A stretch of 64,000 bases of DNA from positions 501 to 64,500 of IMG/VR virus record IMGVR_UViG_3300027545_000001. One strand, written 5' to 3'. Under the pieces are notes generated by a model. It worked only from the letters and a program-made list of their open reading frames with translations. It did not search any database and was not told the DNA's origin. Source of the stretch: a virus. Shown one piece after another: positions 45,101 through 53,522 of the stretch; the first letter of the stretch is position 1; the number at the start of each line of letters is the position of its first letter. The position numbers were made by a program, and so were the translations under genes.

Positions 45101-45563
45101 CAATAGATGGTGCCTTACTCGGTGGCACTACACCTATGGCTCTGAGTGTTCCATCCGGTCTGACTTTGGATTGCTTGTTCCTATCATAGACATACATCCA
45201 TGACTCAGGAGAGTTATTAGGTCTGAACGGGATGAGGGATAGAGGCAGACTGGAGTATCCGCTGTCGATGACATCGAAGGCTGTTTCAATCCCGGCATAG
45301 AGTTCGGCACTTCCACCTCCAATGTATGTATACCCAGAGGGAGCATAGACTTGCGTTGGATCATTGAGTCTCCTTATAGAGTTAGGTGTACTAACTAATT
45401 GCAGTGATGCCACATACCCAGGTCTCCCCTCTATCCATCCCTCTTGAGTCACACGTACATTGAATAGATAAGAGAAGTAGTCAGGCGGCACACGATCTAT
45501 AGGGCAGTTAACATTGATGCCCTTACAGTTCATGCGGAGAGGTAGCTTGAATAGGTCAGGCAC
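42147..45563 (-). CDS. Tail hub/stabilisation protein (P22 gp10-like position)
   Basis: 1138 aa; N-terminal LFNVR...IEGRPG and beta-propeller-like segments; follows the adaptor genes. Confidence 0.6.
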   Translation of the reverse strand: MPDLFKLPLRMNCKGINVNCPIDRVPPDYFSYLFNVRVTQEGWIEGRPGYVASLQLVSTPNSIRRLNDPTQVYAPSGYTYIGGGSAELYAGIETAFDVIDSGYSSLPLSLIPFRPNNSPESWMYVYDRNKQSKVRPDGTLRAIGVVPPSKAPSIEYAPPATVTITDAQTDSGWSATGGSSSPATFDRTNSSGATIGAILYNSGSTGWCCINPSMTLPQTFWMGSRMKVILNGAEHVLVRDVLPAIATTTVAGISYDSGTNGLCSMTLVNNPSGLARNSLLQIGSDVFRVLEVIPAPTGSAYSIRCSTGSTHSVGNTVTGLLSWYVYTVGTHVATETITSGAVSLVHTTAAIGAANFSGGIDAQVASNGASIDPANDYLHISLFLQNPQNVINMQILVSLDSTPNFSFTSPGNSWIWTIPQIQLVELGSSGDSWCEIVIPISSGTQYGGDYTLNFSNITGIAIQMTSSGACSYGFDWWYFFGTYGPTIQPNSPTGLIYYTANRDSSTGAHSVPGPGNRQALFPLREGVIITPVYSTQAGVDSNDIYRLGGAVTSPLYVATTPNSGTYLDSLPDSSILETNQPPDLTALQPWPLLQAPWSGTCSVVGTSIQILTGSLLGPTLEDATAILINGQTFLTYGLPIDLTHIQLTQDAGTFSSVSFLISSPTITGQPLPFAFGALEGPFAPVVFALGDPVNGGLLYYSNYSDADSANDSNTLEVTSPSNNLVSGAVWKGIAFCGSREEIFTIQYSYLATIGAAASNQFQWRKLNAQSGIWSRWACCACPVGVAFLGTDGIYLTTDSQCVNITDEELYPLFPHDGQPATAVTYGNNVILPVDMTALQYLRLSYCDETLRFSYPDIDGNWNTLEYQIYHKRWFLNNYADAINFHYLVENSQSLPNQQEILQLSVGPTNQIMLAGGNTDNGAIINSIVLTPSDDGKDERAQKLYVDSMIMFGGTGTLSVAATYNSAQSYSPVMQIACNGTVQQTQQNISSLSNLALYLNIGSKFSWTGGPAGPRIAAWEPSGFMQPYLSQFFVTQYILFSFPGWKHMRRMYPAIISNNPILMTIMTQDGRTYGPFTIASTGGQFRVLPQMLPQNIKDLAFALQLDGQGFTFAFFPADFTVEVKQWTEESYINLAVFKS
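43971..43989. repeat. Dispersed palindrome copy 17 (intragenic)
   Basis: Perfect AGGTGTAAT-G-ATTACACCT; encodes GVIITP. Confidence 0.95.
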
Positions 45564-46899
45564 TCTTCATCTCCAAGGCATCTGGCCTCTGTGCTGTCTC
45601 TACCTGCGGCTGTCCGAATAGAGGCTCTAGGTATCTGATCTTGGCTGCATTGATACTGCCTCTCTGTGCTGCTGCCTTCAGGAACTCATCATGCTCTGAC
45701 ATAGTAGTCTTGAACTCATTGCCACCACACTTGAAGGTGAGGATGTGAGTTACATAGGAGCCAAGAATGTCTAATTGCTCCTCACCTATAGGCATAAAGG
45801 CATTTAATGCAGTGGGTATAGGTGCAGCCTGTACGACATCTACAGCTATCCCATATAGCTGATCCACCTGCCCCACATTGATGGACATGAAGTCATAGAG
45901 AGCACCAGCTACAGACGGCTGACCTATCTGGTTACGCCAGTATAAGTTAGCGGCATCTATGGACATCATGGAGTCAAGAGGCAGAGGCTTGTTATTAATG
46001 AGGACTCGCATGATAGTTCTAGCATCCTGTGCAAACTTAACAAGCTGCTGGTACCTCATCTCTGCATACTGAGCACGTAGAGGATCTTTAATCTGATTGT
46101 CACTAGAGAGGATACGGGATAGTGCAGCATACTTAATGGCGGGCACCCACTCATCTGGAACCTCCAGTAGAGTAGTTGATGTGCCCAAACTCATGACTAG
46201 GGAGTTAACAGCAAGAGCCTCCAGCGCCCCTTTATTAATAGGTGGCGGGATTAACTGTAACTGTAGAGGGGCGTTCTCTGCCTCAGAGTATGACTGTGGC
46301 ATCCCAGGATCTAGTGTCCACAGGGGATTATACTTATCAGAACTCCAGGCATCCTCTCGCCAGAGGTTAGCCCACACTCCAGGATTGTTACCACCTTCTA
46401 TGTCCTGCCATGATGCCTTGTGAACAAAGACAGTACCCTGATCGAACGTTACCATACCTCCTGGTGATGGAGGCAGGCCAAAGCCTTCTACCACTGAGAC
46501 AGGGAAGTGGACATCCAGTACGAATCTATTACGTGCATCCTGTATGGCGTTGAGTATGGTGGTGACAGAGATCTGACCACTCATCCCAGCCCCACCAATA
46601 CCACTAGGATTCTCTAGCAGAGCATACTGTATCTCTTGAGTAAGTTGATTCAGAGTCCAAGTGCGGGGGCGTAACGCAGGTAACTTAACACTCAGATCAT
46701 AGAAGGGGTAGGGGTCAGAGGGAGTTAAATTGAATGTACCTCTGGATCTCCAGAAGTTAGTAAGTGCCCCCCATACTCTCAGTGCTTCCTGAGTAGCATA
46801 GGTGATCTCGGGCGCAGTCCAGTACACCTGATTAACATCATCAAGTACGATGCTGATCTGGGTAATGAACTGCGCGAGAGTCGTCTGTTGATAGGGCAC
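45556..46899 (-). CDS. Head-tail adaptor/tail tubular-like protein
   Basis: Helix-beta-helix layout; LEVPDEWVPAIKYAALSRIL. Confidence 0.5.
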   Translation of the reverse strand: MPYQQTTLAQFITQISIVLDDVNQVYWTAPEITYATQEALRVWGALTNFWRSRGTFNLTPSDPYPFYDLSVKLPALRPRTWTLNQLTQEIQYALLENPSGIGGAGMSGQISVTTILNAIQDARNRFVLDVHFPVSVVEGFGLPPSPGGMVTFDQGTVFVHKASWQDIEGGNNPGVWANLWREDAWSSDKYNPLWTLDPGMPQSYSEAENAPLQLQLIPPPINKGALEALAVNSLVMSLGTSTTLLEVPDEWVPAIKYAALSRILSSDNQIKDPLRAQYAEMRYQQLVKFAQDARTIMRVLINNKPLPLDSMMSIDAANLYWRNQIGQPSVAGALYDFMSINVGQVDQLYGIAVDVVQAAPIPTALNAFMPIGEEQLDILGSYVTHILTFKCGGNEFKTTMSEHDEFLKAAAQRGSINAAKIRYLEPLFGQPQVETAQRPDALEMKSA

Positions 46900-46907
46900 A
46901 CCGCAGC

Positions 46908-47084
46908 CTACTTATGGTATCCAGCTTTGTCTTTGCATGGGCCATCGATGGTAGTTCCCTTGCCCCAAGGCAGCTTGTCACTCCCCGGATAGTTCTTAAT
47001 AGGGAGCTTAAGGTCATTAGAGCTAGGGCCACTCTTGCCGTTATATCCAGCAGGGCCTTCAATCGTCTTTGCTTTATCAGCCAT
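46908..47084 (-). CDS. 58-aa Gly/Lys/Pro-rich protein
   Basis: Hand-translated MADKAKTIEGPAGYNGKSGP...; AAGGAG RBS right after palindrome copy 18. Confidence 0.6.
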   Translation of the reverse strand: MADKAKTIEGPAGYNGKSGPSSNDLKLPIKNYPGSDKLPWGKGTTIDGPCKDKAGYHK

Positions 47085-47097
47085 TACATTCTCCTTT

Positions 47098-47114
47098 AGT
47101 GTAATGATTACACT
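47098..47114. repeat. Dispersed palindrome copy 18
   Basis: AGTGTAAT-G-ATTACACT between a stop and an RBS. Confidence 0.95.
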
Positions 47115-47273
47115 TTATCTTATCAGAGGACCCACCCTACCTAGTATCTCAGCTAGGATTACGCAGGCCACTCCAATCCAGCACAGCCTCCAGCGCCACG
47201 GTTCAGTCGGAGGTGGAATGATTGCTCCAACTAACACGAGCACAAACCCGAACACCAAAAGAATCAATTGCAT
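47115..47273 (-). CDS. 52-aa two-TM protein (holin-like)
   Basis: Hand-translated MQLILLVFGFVLVLVGAIIPPP...; AGGAG RBS. Confidence 0.55.
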   Translation of the reverse strand: MQLILLVFGFVLVLVGAIIPPPTEPWRWRLCWIGVACVILAEILGRVGPLIR

Positions 47274-47281
47274 ATCGTCTC

Positions 47282-47572
47282 CTATCTGTGATCTTGTGGT
47301 CTTGCACCTACCCCACCAGTTTTCTCGTGATTGGTCCTACCAAAGTAGAAGCCAACGACAGTTCCAAAAGCCAGACTAAATACTGTAGGAACCTGCTCAG
47401 TATACTTACTTACGAATCCCCATATAGATGCCCCCATTGTGCTAACAACAACAGTGACAGCTATTAGCGCCTGTGTTACTTCCCAGATTAAGTTAACCCG
47501 GCGCTGGCCAGCAGTAACCATGTCCTGCTGAGATGTAGTATTCGGCGGTAATGATGGTTGTGTCTCTTCCAT
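47282..47572 (-). CDS. Putative holin
   Basis: Two TM segments; FGTVVGFYFGR motif. Confidence 0.6.
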   Translation of the reverse strand: MEETQPSLPPNTTSQQDMVTAGQRRVNLIWEVTQALIAVTVVVSTMGASIWGFVSKYTEQVPTVFSLAFGTVVGFYFGRTNHEKTGGVGARPQDHR

Positions 47573-47580
47573 GAATCATC

Positions 47581-47985
47581 CTACTTAGGACCCATTACCG
47601 ATCTTACATTATCCATCCTGCCCAGAGTGTCTTGCATGGACTTCATAGTCCTAAGCATCTCCTCTGACAGAGTGTCTTGCATGGTTCGCAGAGTCTTTAG
47701 CATCTCATCAGATAGCAACTTATTAGTGGCAAGGCTATCAGACATAGCCTTATAGTTATCCATCACCAACTTATCTTTCTCATTGACCTTACGCCATAGA
47801 GCAAGCACAGCCACCGATAAGATACCATCTAATCCTAGATGTCCTATACTGTCAGGAACATTTGGCGCACCAGATGGGGGAACGACCACCTGGGCTAGGT
47901 TTATCATTATTGCTAGTACTCCCAAACCCATCGTAAACTTAGCCAACCATATAGTAGGTATCATCTCTAGGGCCCGATTAATCAT
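47581..47985 (-). CDS. Membrane protein with coiled-coil repeat (holin-like)
   Basis: Two hydrophobic segments; duplicated S(D/E)EML...MQDTL repeat. Confidence 0.5.
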   Translation of the reverse strand: MINRALEMIPTIWLAKFTMGLGVLAIMINLAQVVVPPSGAPNVPDSIGHLGLDGILSVAVLALWRKVNEKDKLVMDNYKAMSDSLATNKLLSDEMLKTLRTMQDTLSEEMLRTMKSMQDTLGRMDNVRSVMGPK

Positions 47986-49232
47986 CCTAAAAGAAACGGA
48001 CTATGTGTCTGTTGCCATTCTCCCGTCTGCCACGGGGCGGGAGCGTAAGGATAGATCTCATAGTCTATGAGGGACACACCAACCTCTTCATCATTCCGCA
48101 TGAGATCCACCATCATATCCTCTAGTCTTTTCGCGTGGTACATCGCCTGCTTAAGATCATGATAAGGATTAAGGTGCTCTGAGTCTTGGCCAGGGAACTC
48201 TGCACACTTTTGTAGCGCACCCTCTAGTATCACTTCACCCCTATTAGCTATCAGCGGCGGCAGAGCAGGCTGCTGTGTAGTGAGTGCATACTCTCTAGCC
48301 ACATAGATGTATGGATAGAGATAGCCACTATAAGATGGAGTAGGCCATAGCTCATAGAGGATAGATCCTTGACTTACCTGTGAGGTACAGTTAATAACAA
48401 ACAAGTCACCTGACACATAGTTGGCAGTAGGCCAGTAGACTTGGACCCCATCAGATAAATCATAGGGATAAGATGTAGTAGGCTGCTGGAGAGAGAAGGC
48501 AGTCTGACCTGACCGCATCCATTTGAATGTAGCTGTGCCCACTGCACCGCCAGTTACTACTTGAATGATGTAGGTAGCATTCGCAGGGAAAGAGTATCCA
48601 AGCGTTGTCGTAGAGATTGGTGCAGGATCTGTAGGGCTAGTAACTGAGAGCGTTGATCCAACAAGACCTCCATAATTGTTCGAGTATCCTCTGTAGACGG
48701 CTGCATATGTTTGTCCAAAGTTAGTCCTTTGTGGATCTAGTATAGCAAGATCGTTCTCAGTAAGATTGATCCACAACCTATAAGAGTCCTTGATAGACAC
48801 CACAGCATACATGTATCCGAAGTCAGGGGGCGTAGGATAGAAGCACTGTAGTATCTGGTATGACTGGCCTGTAACATCAGGACCATTCCAAGGCTGATCT
48901 ATGAGTAACTGAGTGGGGGATAGCCAACCAATGATTGTATAAAAGGGATAAAGTAGCCCTCCCACTCTGATCTGGGTCCCTATCATTTGCGGGGTCCAGA
49001 CAGTATTAATGCCAGTGATGAGTGTTGGATTGCCAGCACTTACATTAGTGCTAGCCATCCCTGTGCTGTATTGAGTAGGTGGTGCAAAGGTGTTGTACTT
49101 ACGGCGGAAACTCCACTCACGCCTAGCCTGTAGAGTCTGCCAGCTATCATTAACAAACTGTTGACAGAGGTTGATACCAGCGGCAGGGCATCTTAGAAGG
49201 AGTCTATTCGATAGTGTGTTGAAGTCATCCAT
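47982..49232 (-). CDS. Head-tail adaptor-like protein with inserted beta domains
   Basis: Helical N-terminus CQQFVNDSWQ...EWSFRR; C-terminal QPALPP...EVILEGAL. Confidence 0.5.
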   Translation of the reverse strand: MDDFNTLSNRLLLRCPAAGINLCQQFVNDSWQTLQARREWSFRRKYNTFAPPTQYSTGMASTNVSAGNPTLITGINTVWTPQMIGTQIRVGGLLYPFYTIIGWLSPTQLLIDQPWNGPDVTGQSYQILQCFYPTPPDFGYMYAVVSIKDSYRLWINLTENDLAILDPQRTNFGQTYAAVYRGYSNNYGGLVGSTLSVTSPTDPAPISTTTLGYSFPANATYIIQVVTGGAVGTATFKWMRSGQTAFSLQQPTTSYPYDLSDGVQVYWPTANYVSGDLFVINCTSQVSQGSILYELWPTPSYSGYLYPYIYVAREYALTTQQPALPPLIANRGEVILEGALQKCAEFPGQDSEHLNPYHDLKQAMYHAKRLEDMMVDLMRNDEEVGVSLIDYEIYPYAPAPWQTGEWQQTHSPFLLG

Positions 49233-49265
49233 GGGTCCCTAGCTTTAACACACACAATAGATTCC

Positions 49266-49472
49266 TTATTTCTTCATACCAAGTTTCCTATCAGCCTTGG
49301 CATCTATCTTCTTCTCAGCAGCCATCGAGAGCTTACCTTTGTGCTCCATCTCACTGGCTCTGGCCTTTGCATTCCTAGCATGGCTCTTATCCTGTACCGG
49401 GTAGCTACGGTCAGGGCCAGCAAAGGAACTAGCAGGTAAGCTATTACGTTCCTTTGCTGACAACTTAGCCAT
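49266..49472 (-). CDS. Small basic protein
   Basis: LPASSFAGPDRSYPVQDKSHARNAKAR motif. Confidence 0.6.
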   Translation of the reverse strand: MAKLSAKERNSLPASSFAGPDRSYPVQDKSHARNAKARASEMEHKGKLSMAAEKKIDAKADRKLGMKK

Positions 49473-49741
49473 TAACCAACCCTAGATATCACAACTACTA
49501 CAGCAGTCCAAGCCCCTACTATTGTGAAGGTGAGGGTAGTCGTTGTGCTAGTAGGCCCTGGAGATGTAGTGACACCTACTGATACAGAGGTAGTGGGACT
49601 GATGAGAACAATCTCAATGTCTGTTTGGGGCACCACGAGAGTATCCCCAGTAGTGCCACTGCCCACCACGCTGTATCGACGGAATGCCAGATCCCCTATG
49701 ACATGCCGTCTTACTTTATTGGTCTGAACTAGTTGTGCCAT
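49472..49741 (-). CDS. Small beta-rich structural protein
   Basis: Follows the decoration-like gene; TAATG coupling. Confidence 0.55.
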   Translation of the reverse strand: MAQLVQTNKVRRHVIGDLAFRRYSVVGSGTTGDTLVVPQTDIEIVLISPTTSVSVGVTTSPGPTSTTTTLTFTIVGAWTAVVVVISRVG

Positions 49742-49751
49742 TCAATCACCC

Positions 49752-50351
49752 TTAGTCCTGGAATCCGACATTGACATCGCAGAAGAAGGAGTTAGCTGTG
49801 CCAGTATTAGCAACGCCAGTAGCCACACCTACTAGAGTGGTGGGGGCTGCTGTGCCAACAGCATTGGCTACTGTATTAGCTGTGTTAGCAGCAGTATTGC
49901 CTGTCAAGAACTCTCCAGCAGTAGGAGTAGAGCTACAGAGTACTGGGGTATTACGCTTCTGGATGACTAAGTCAGTCATATACATCTGGGGATTGCCATC
50001 TGGCCCATTGACTCCGGGGGTCACAGTCGGAGCCAATTGGAAGACACCAGCAATGCGGTTAGGCGCAGCAGTGGCTCCAAGGTCACACTGGAACTTATCA
50101 TTAGTGACGATGGCAACTCCAGGGGCAGCGTTCTTCCAGTAGGCTAACTCACCAGCCAGAGGGCTATGGCCAATACCACTGGTACTGGTAGCACCAGAGT
50201 CAACCTGCACCCGGACATATACCCCACCCGTATTCTGATCTGAGAAGGAACAGCCAAGCTCCCCAGGAGCAAGATAAGGAGACGGAGTGTTAGTCTTGTC
50301 CGGCGTCCCATTGTACATGTATGGATTTGTTATGCGATCATAGATTTGCAT
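49752..50351 (-). CDS. Capsid decoration/cement-like protein
   Basis: Immediately after the MCP; Gly/Thr/Ala-rich with LVGVATGVA. Confidence 0.55.
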   Translation of the reverse strand: MQIYDRITNPYMYNGTPDKTNTPSPYLAPGELGCSFSDQNTGGVYVRVQVDSGATSTSGIGHSPLAGELAYWKNAAPGVAIVTNDKFQCDLGATAAPNRIAGVFQLAPTVTPGVNGPDGNPQMYMTDLVIQKRNTPVLCSSTPTAGEFLTGNTAANTANTVANAVGTAAPTTLVGVATGVANTGTANSFFCDVNVGFQD

Positions 50352-50364
50352 ATCTTGTCTCCTA

Positions 50365-50383
50365 AAGTGTAATCATTACACTT
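50365..50383. repeat. Dispersed palindrome copy 19
   Basis: AAGTGTAAT-C-ATTACACTT overlapping the MCP stop, followed by an AGGAG RBS. Confidence 0.95.
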
Positions 50384-51620
50384 ATCCTTGGAAGTTAAAG
50401 CCGTATGTCACGTACCCAGGCAGGATACTCCAGTTCTCTGCCAGTAGCACCTTACCAACCAGCTTGGTATTACCTGCACTCGGGATGAATCCGTCATCAT
50501 CTAAGCTGCCATCGAAGGGCTTAGACTTACTGGTGCGGTACTTAACCATAGGCTTGCGGATGTTCTCAAACCAGATAGTCTCACCAAATGCTGTACCACC
50601 AGCAGGGCCGACACCCACACCAGCGCCACCAGAGCCATTGCCCCACATTACAAAGGAGGCGGGGTAAGCTACTGGGCTATTAGCAGGCGGGCCATTCACA
50701 TTCTGACCAGAGGCATAGTTGAACATGCGGAGAGCTACACGATCATTAGTCCCATTGTTGTTACCAGCAGTGTTGGGATTGACTGTGGCTGCACCATTAG
50801 CAGGGTTCATTAGGTAGGAACCAGGAGCATAACGAGAAGCATAGATAGTTGCTCCGTTGTACTCCAGCCCCCTGAATCCAGCCTTACCCACTGTAGTGTT
50901 CTGGAACCTCTGCTGTGTCTGGTAGTTGTTGCGGATGAAACCGTAGCCAGTAGGTGTAGTCGTGATGACATTGCACTCATACTTGCCAGATCCAAAGTTC
51001 ACTGACTGGTATAGCTGCTCCATGATAGGCAGCGAGATAGCCCCCCCAGCAAAGTTGTAAGGCGCTGGAGCCAACATACGACCACCATACAGAGAGCGAG
51101 TCAGTGTGCCATACATGGGATAAGTATTGCCGTCCCACCCAATGCTAAGGCCATCACTGGATGCTTCAAGTAGCCCATTAGGGAACTTAACAAACTGTGC
51201 AGACTGGCCTTGCAGATATCGCTTGATAGCAGACTGGGCACCCATCTGAATGAAGGCAGCATCCACACGCTCAGTCACCAGATTGATAACTGCCAGTGGA
51301 TCACCAGCAACGTTGAAGACCTTGATGTGCTCCTTATAGAAGGGGATCATCACCACATTGAACTTAGGCAGGAATTGTAGAGCCTGCTCCAACTGGCGTT
51401 GATCTGCCGGGAGATCCTGACCAATTGAGTAGGGTCCGCCATCCTGCACGTCATACTCAATGTTGTCATTCCAGTTGAGACCCCCACCGATCTCCTCATG
51501 ACACTGCTCACCAATGAGAGACATGGTGGGGTCATGGTTGAATACCAAGTCCCGCAACTCAGGATTGGTATCGATGTAACGCCGGGTGGTTACTGTCAAC
51601 TGCGTTGCGATATCAGGCAT
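50382..51620 (-). CDS. Major capsid protein (HK97 fold)
   Basis: 412 aa after the scaffold; IITTTPTGYGFI, GFRGLEYNGATIYAS; portal-scaffold-capsid synteny. Confidence 0.78.
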   Translation of the reverse strand: MPDIATQLTVTTRRYIDTNPELRDLVFNHDPTMSLIGEQCHEEIGGGLNWNDNIEYDVQDGGPYSIGQDLPADQRQLEQALQFLPKFNVVMIPFYKEHIKVFNVAGDPLAVINLVTERVDAAFIQMGAQSAIKRYLQGQSAQFVKFPNGLLEASSDGLSIGWDGNTYPMYGTLTRSLYGGRMLAPAPYNFAGGAISLPIMEQLYQSVNFGSGKYECNVITTTPTGYGFIRNNYQTQQRFQNTTVGKAGFRGLEYNGATIYASRYAPGSYLMNPANGAATVNPNTAGNNNGTNDRVALRMFNYASGQNVNGPPANSPVAYPASFVMWGNGSGGAGVGVGPAGGTAFGETIWFENIRKPMVKYRTSKSKPFDGSLDDDGFIPSAGNTKLVGKVLLAENWSILPGYVTYGFNFQG

Positions 51621-51632
51621 CTTATGAGTCCT

Positions 51633-52451
51633 CTATTGCACAGATTCAGGATTGTTCCAAGTGTTCGCCAGATCTCTCTGGAGAGCAGTCTTGTCAAACT
51701 TTTCAATGTCACTCTTAGACCGCTGAGAGAGTGCGCTGGGAGTCATGTCTCCACCAGCGGGGAAGTTAGAGGAAGCACCACGCTTCTGTAATTCTTCCTT
51801 GACTCTCTTCTGGATCTCATTCTCACGATTGGTGGCTTCAACCTTATCACGCTCAGGCTTATCCCACTGGTCATAGGCATCCTCGATGCTCATGTTACGG
51901 CCAGCCTTCTGAGCATCACCCATGAGCTTGTCTAACTCATCGAAATCAATGGGGTTAGTGCGCTTAGCATACATATGCTTCTGGACTAACTTACCTGTAG
52001 TCTTCAGCACATTAGCGATGTTGGGAGCCTGCACATTCTGAAACTGTTCACTGACTAGCTTGAGTACATCCTCCTTACTCAAGCCCCCACCAGCGCCAGT
52101 ACCAGTTGCAGGAGGAGTGCCGCCAGAATCGATAGAAGCAGACAGAGTAGCAAAAGCACCATCACCATGCTTTTTGTCATATGCCGCGATAGCTTTTGCA
52201 TTGGCATCTACTGTCTTCCAATTCTTGTCATACCACTCACGGTATGCACGGGACCCAGGCTGTGCTCCACTGCCAGCCAACTCAGCCTCAAGTGCTTGAC
52301 GCTGTGCCTCAATAGCAGCAAACTCTTTCTGATCCTTAAGAGTAGCTGCCTTAGTCTTAACTGTGTCTCTATTCAGTGCAGCAATGACTACTGCCTTCTG
52401 ACCTTCATCAAGACCTTCCGTGAGCCACGATTCTAGTTCTTTGATATCCAT
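51633..52451 (-). CDS. Capsid scaffolding protein
   Basis: Charged and helical; SIEDAYDQW; directly upstream of the MCP. Confidence 0.65.
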   Translation of the reverse strand: MDIKELESWLTEGLDEGQKAVVIAALNRDTVKTKAATLKDQKEFAAIEAQRQALEAELAGSGAQPGSRAYREWYDKNWKTVDANAKAIAAYDKKHGDGAFATLSASIDSGGTPPATGTGAGGGLSKEDVLKLVSEQFQNVQAPNIANVLKTTGKLVQKHMYAKRTNPIDFDELDKLMGDAQKAGRNMSIEDAYDQWDKPERDKVEATNRENEIQKRVKEELQKRGASSNFPAGGDMTPSALSQRSKSDIEKFDKTALQRDLANTWNNPESVQ

Positions 52452-52461
52452 AAGTCCTCAG

Positions 52462-52478
52462 ACTGTAATGATTACACT
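52462..52478. repeat. Dispersed palindrome copy 20
   Basis: ACTGTAAT-G-ATTACACT between a stop and RBS GAGGA. Confidence 0.95.
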
Positions 52479-52858
52479 CACTGACCTACTCCACCCACAG
52501 GACCGGGACCTTGCGGCCCACCCGGAGGAGGACCAACTGGACCAGGGCCAGCAGCCTGTGGTCCCTGTCCACCAGGTTGCATCATCTGTTGTGCTGCCAT
52601 AGGTAAGAGGGAGGTTGCAAGAGCTACTATCTGTGAGCATGGCTGTTCTGCACCAGGGATTGCACCACTTTGTACTAGCTTCTTACATGACATCAGGATA
52701 TTATCCACTTCCATCTTGACTGGAGCCAGTCCAGATATGAGGGATGCCATGTTCCCCCCAGGTGCAGCCCCAGCACTCTTACTACCACCAGAGAGGTCTG
52801 GGAGTGGAGGGAGAGGAGCAGCACCCGGAGGAGTCGAAGATGAAGGAGAAGGAGTCAT
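52478..52858 (-). CDS. Pro/Gly-rich hypothetical protein
   Basis: 126-aa ORF; TAATG-coupled. Confidence 0.6.
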   Translation of the reverse strand: MTPSPSSSTPPGAAPLPPLPDLSGGSKSAGAAPGGNMASLISGLAPVKMEVDNILMSCKKLVQSGAIPGAEQPCSQIVALATSLLPMAAQQMMQPGGQGPQAAGPGPVGPPPGGPQGPGPVGGVGQ

Positions 52859-52995
52859 TACTTACCGTGGGGGCCTTCCATCTTCATGCCACCCTTGCCA
52901 TGTTTACCAAGGCCAGCACTGAAGCCGGATTCATGTTTGCCCATGCCTTCCTTCTTACCCATGTGCTCTTTCTTTTTACCTTCCTTCTCTTTCAT
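52858..52995 (-). CDS. 45-aa Lys/Gly/His/Met-rich protein
   Basis: Hand-translated MKEKEGKKKEHMGKKEGMGKHESG...; AGAGG RBS; overlaps on both sides. Confidence 0.55.
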   Translation of the reverse strand: MKEKEGKKKEHMGKKEGMGKHESGFSAGLGKHGKGGMKMEGPHGK

Positions 52996-53177
52996 GCAAG
53001 TGCTCCTTTGCCTCTTAATTTACTGAGTGATTCGGCCTTGGTACTTGACTTGCCTAACTTCCCAGGGCTACCAGGATTCTTTTTCATGAAGAGTTTGGTG
53101 GCACCCTGCACTCTAGGCGCACCCATGTCCTGTGCATCACCTGGGTTACCTGCTGTGTTCATGGGATCAAAGGCCAT
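52992..53177 (-). CDS. Small basic protein
   Basis: 61-aa ORF downstream of palindrome copy 21. Confidence 0.5.
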   Translation of the reverse strand: MAFDPMNTAGNPGDAQDMGAPRVQGATKLFMKKNPGSPGKLGKSSTKAESLSKLRGKGALA

Positions 53178-53194
53178 CTAGATATAGAGTGTCA

Positions 53195-53211
53195 AGTGTA
53201 ATCATTACAGT
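53195..53211. repeat. Dispersed palindrome copy 21
   Basis: AGTGTAAT-C-ATTACAGT; TTGAC occurs at both ends on the minus strand. Confidence 0.95.
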
Positions 53212-53522
53212 CAACACCTATCCTATTGACCTGTAAGGACTTTATATAATCTGGCTGAAAATGGTAGTAAGTGGTTGTAACTATCCTGTATATTGTGCTA
53301 TAGTATATCTGCCGGTGAAGTTAATCTACGAGCTTGCTACTCTAGAAACTTTAATCCATCTACTTACTGGGCGCAGTACTGTGTATCTGCTGAAGACCTC
53401 AAGTCTGGTAGGTTAACCATGACCTGGAGACCCAATGATATTAGGTTAGCTACCTAAGAAAGAAGGGTGATGTGAATCCAGACAACCCAGACGAAACTGG
53501 GCAGTAGGTAGATGGAGCCGGA

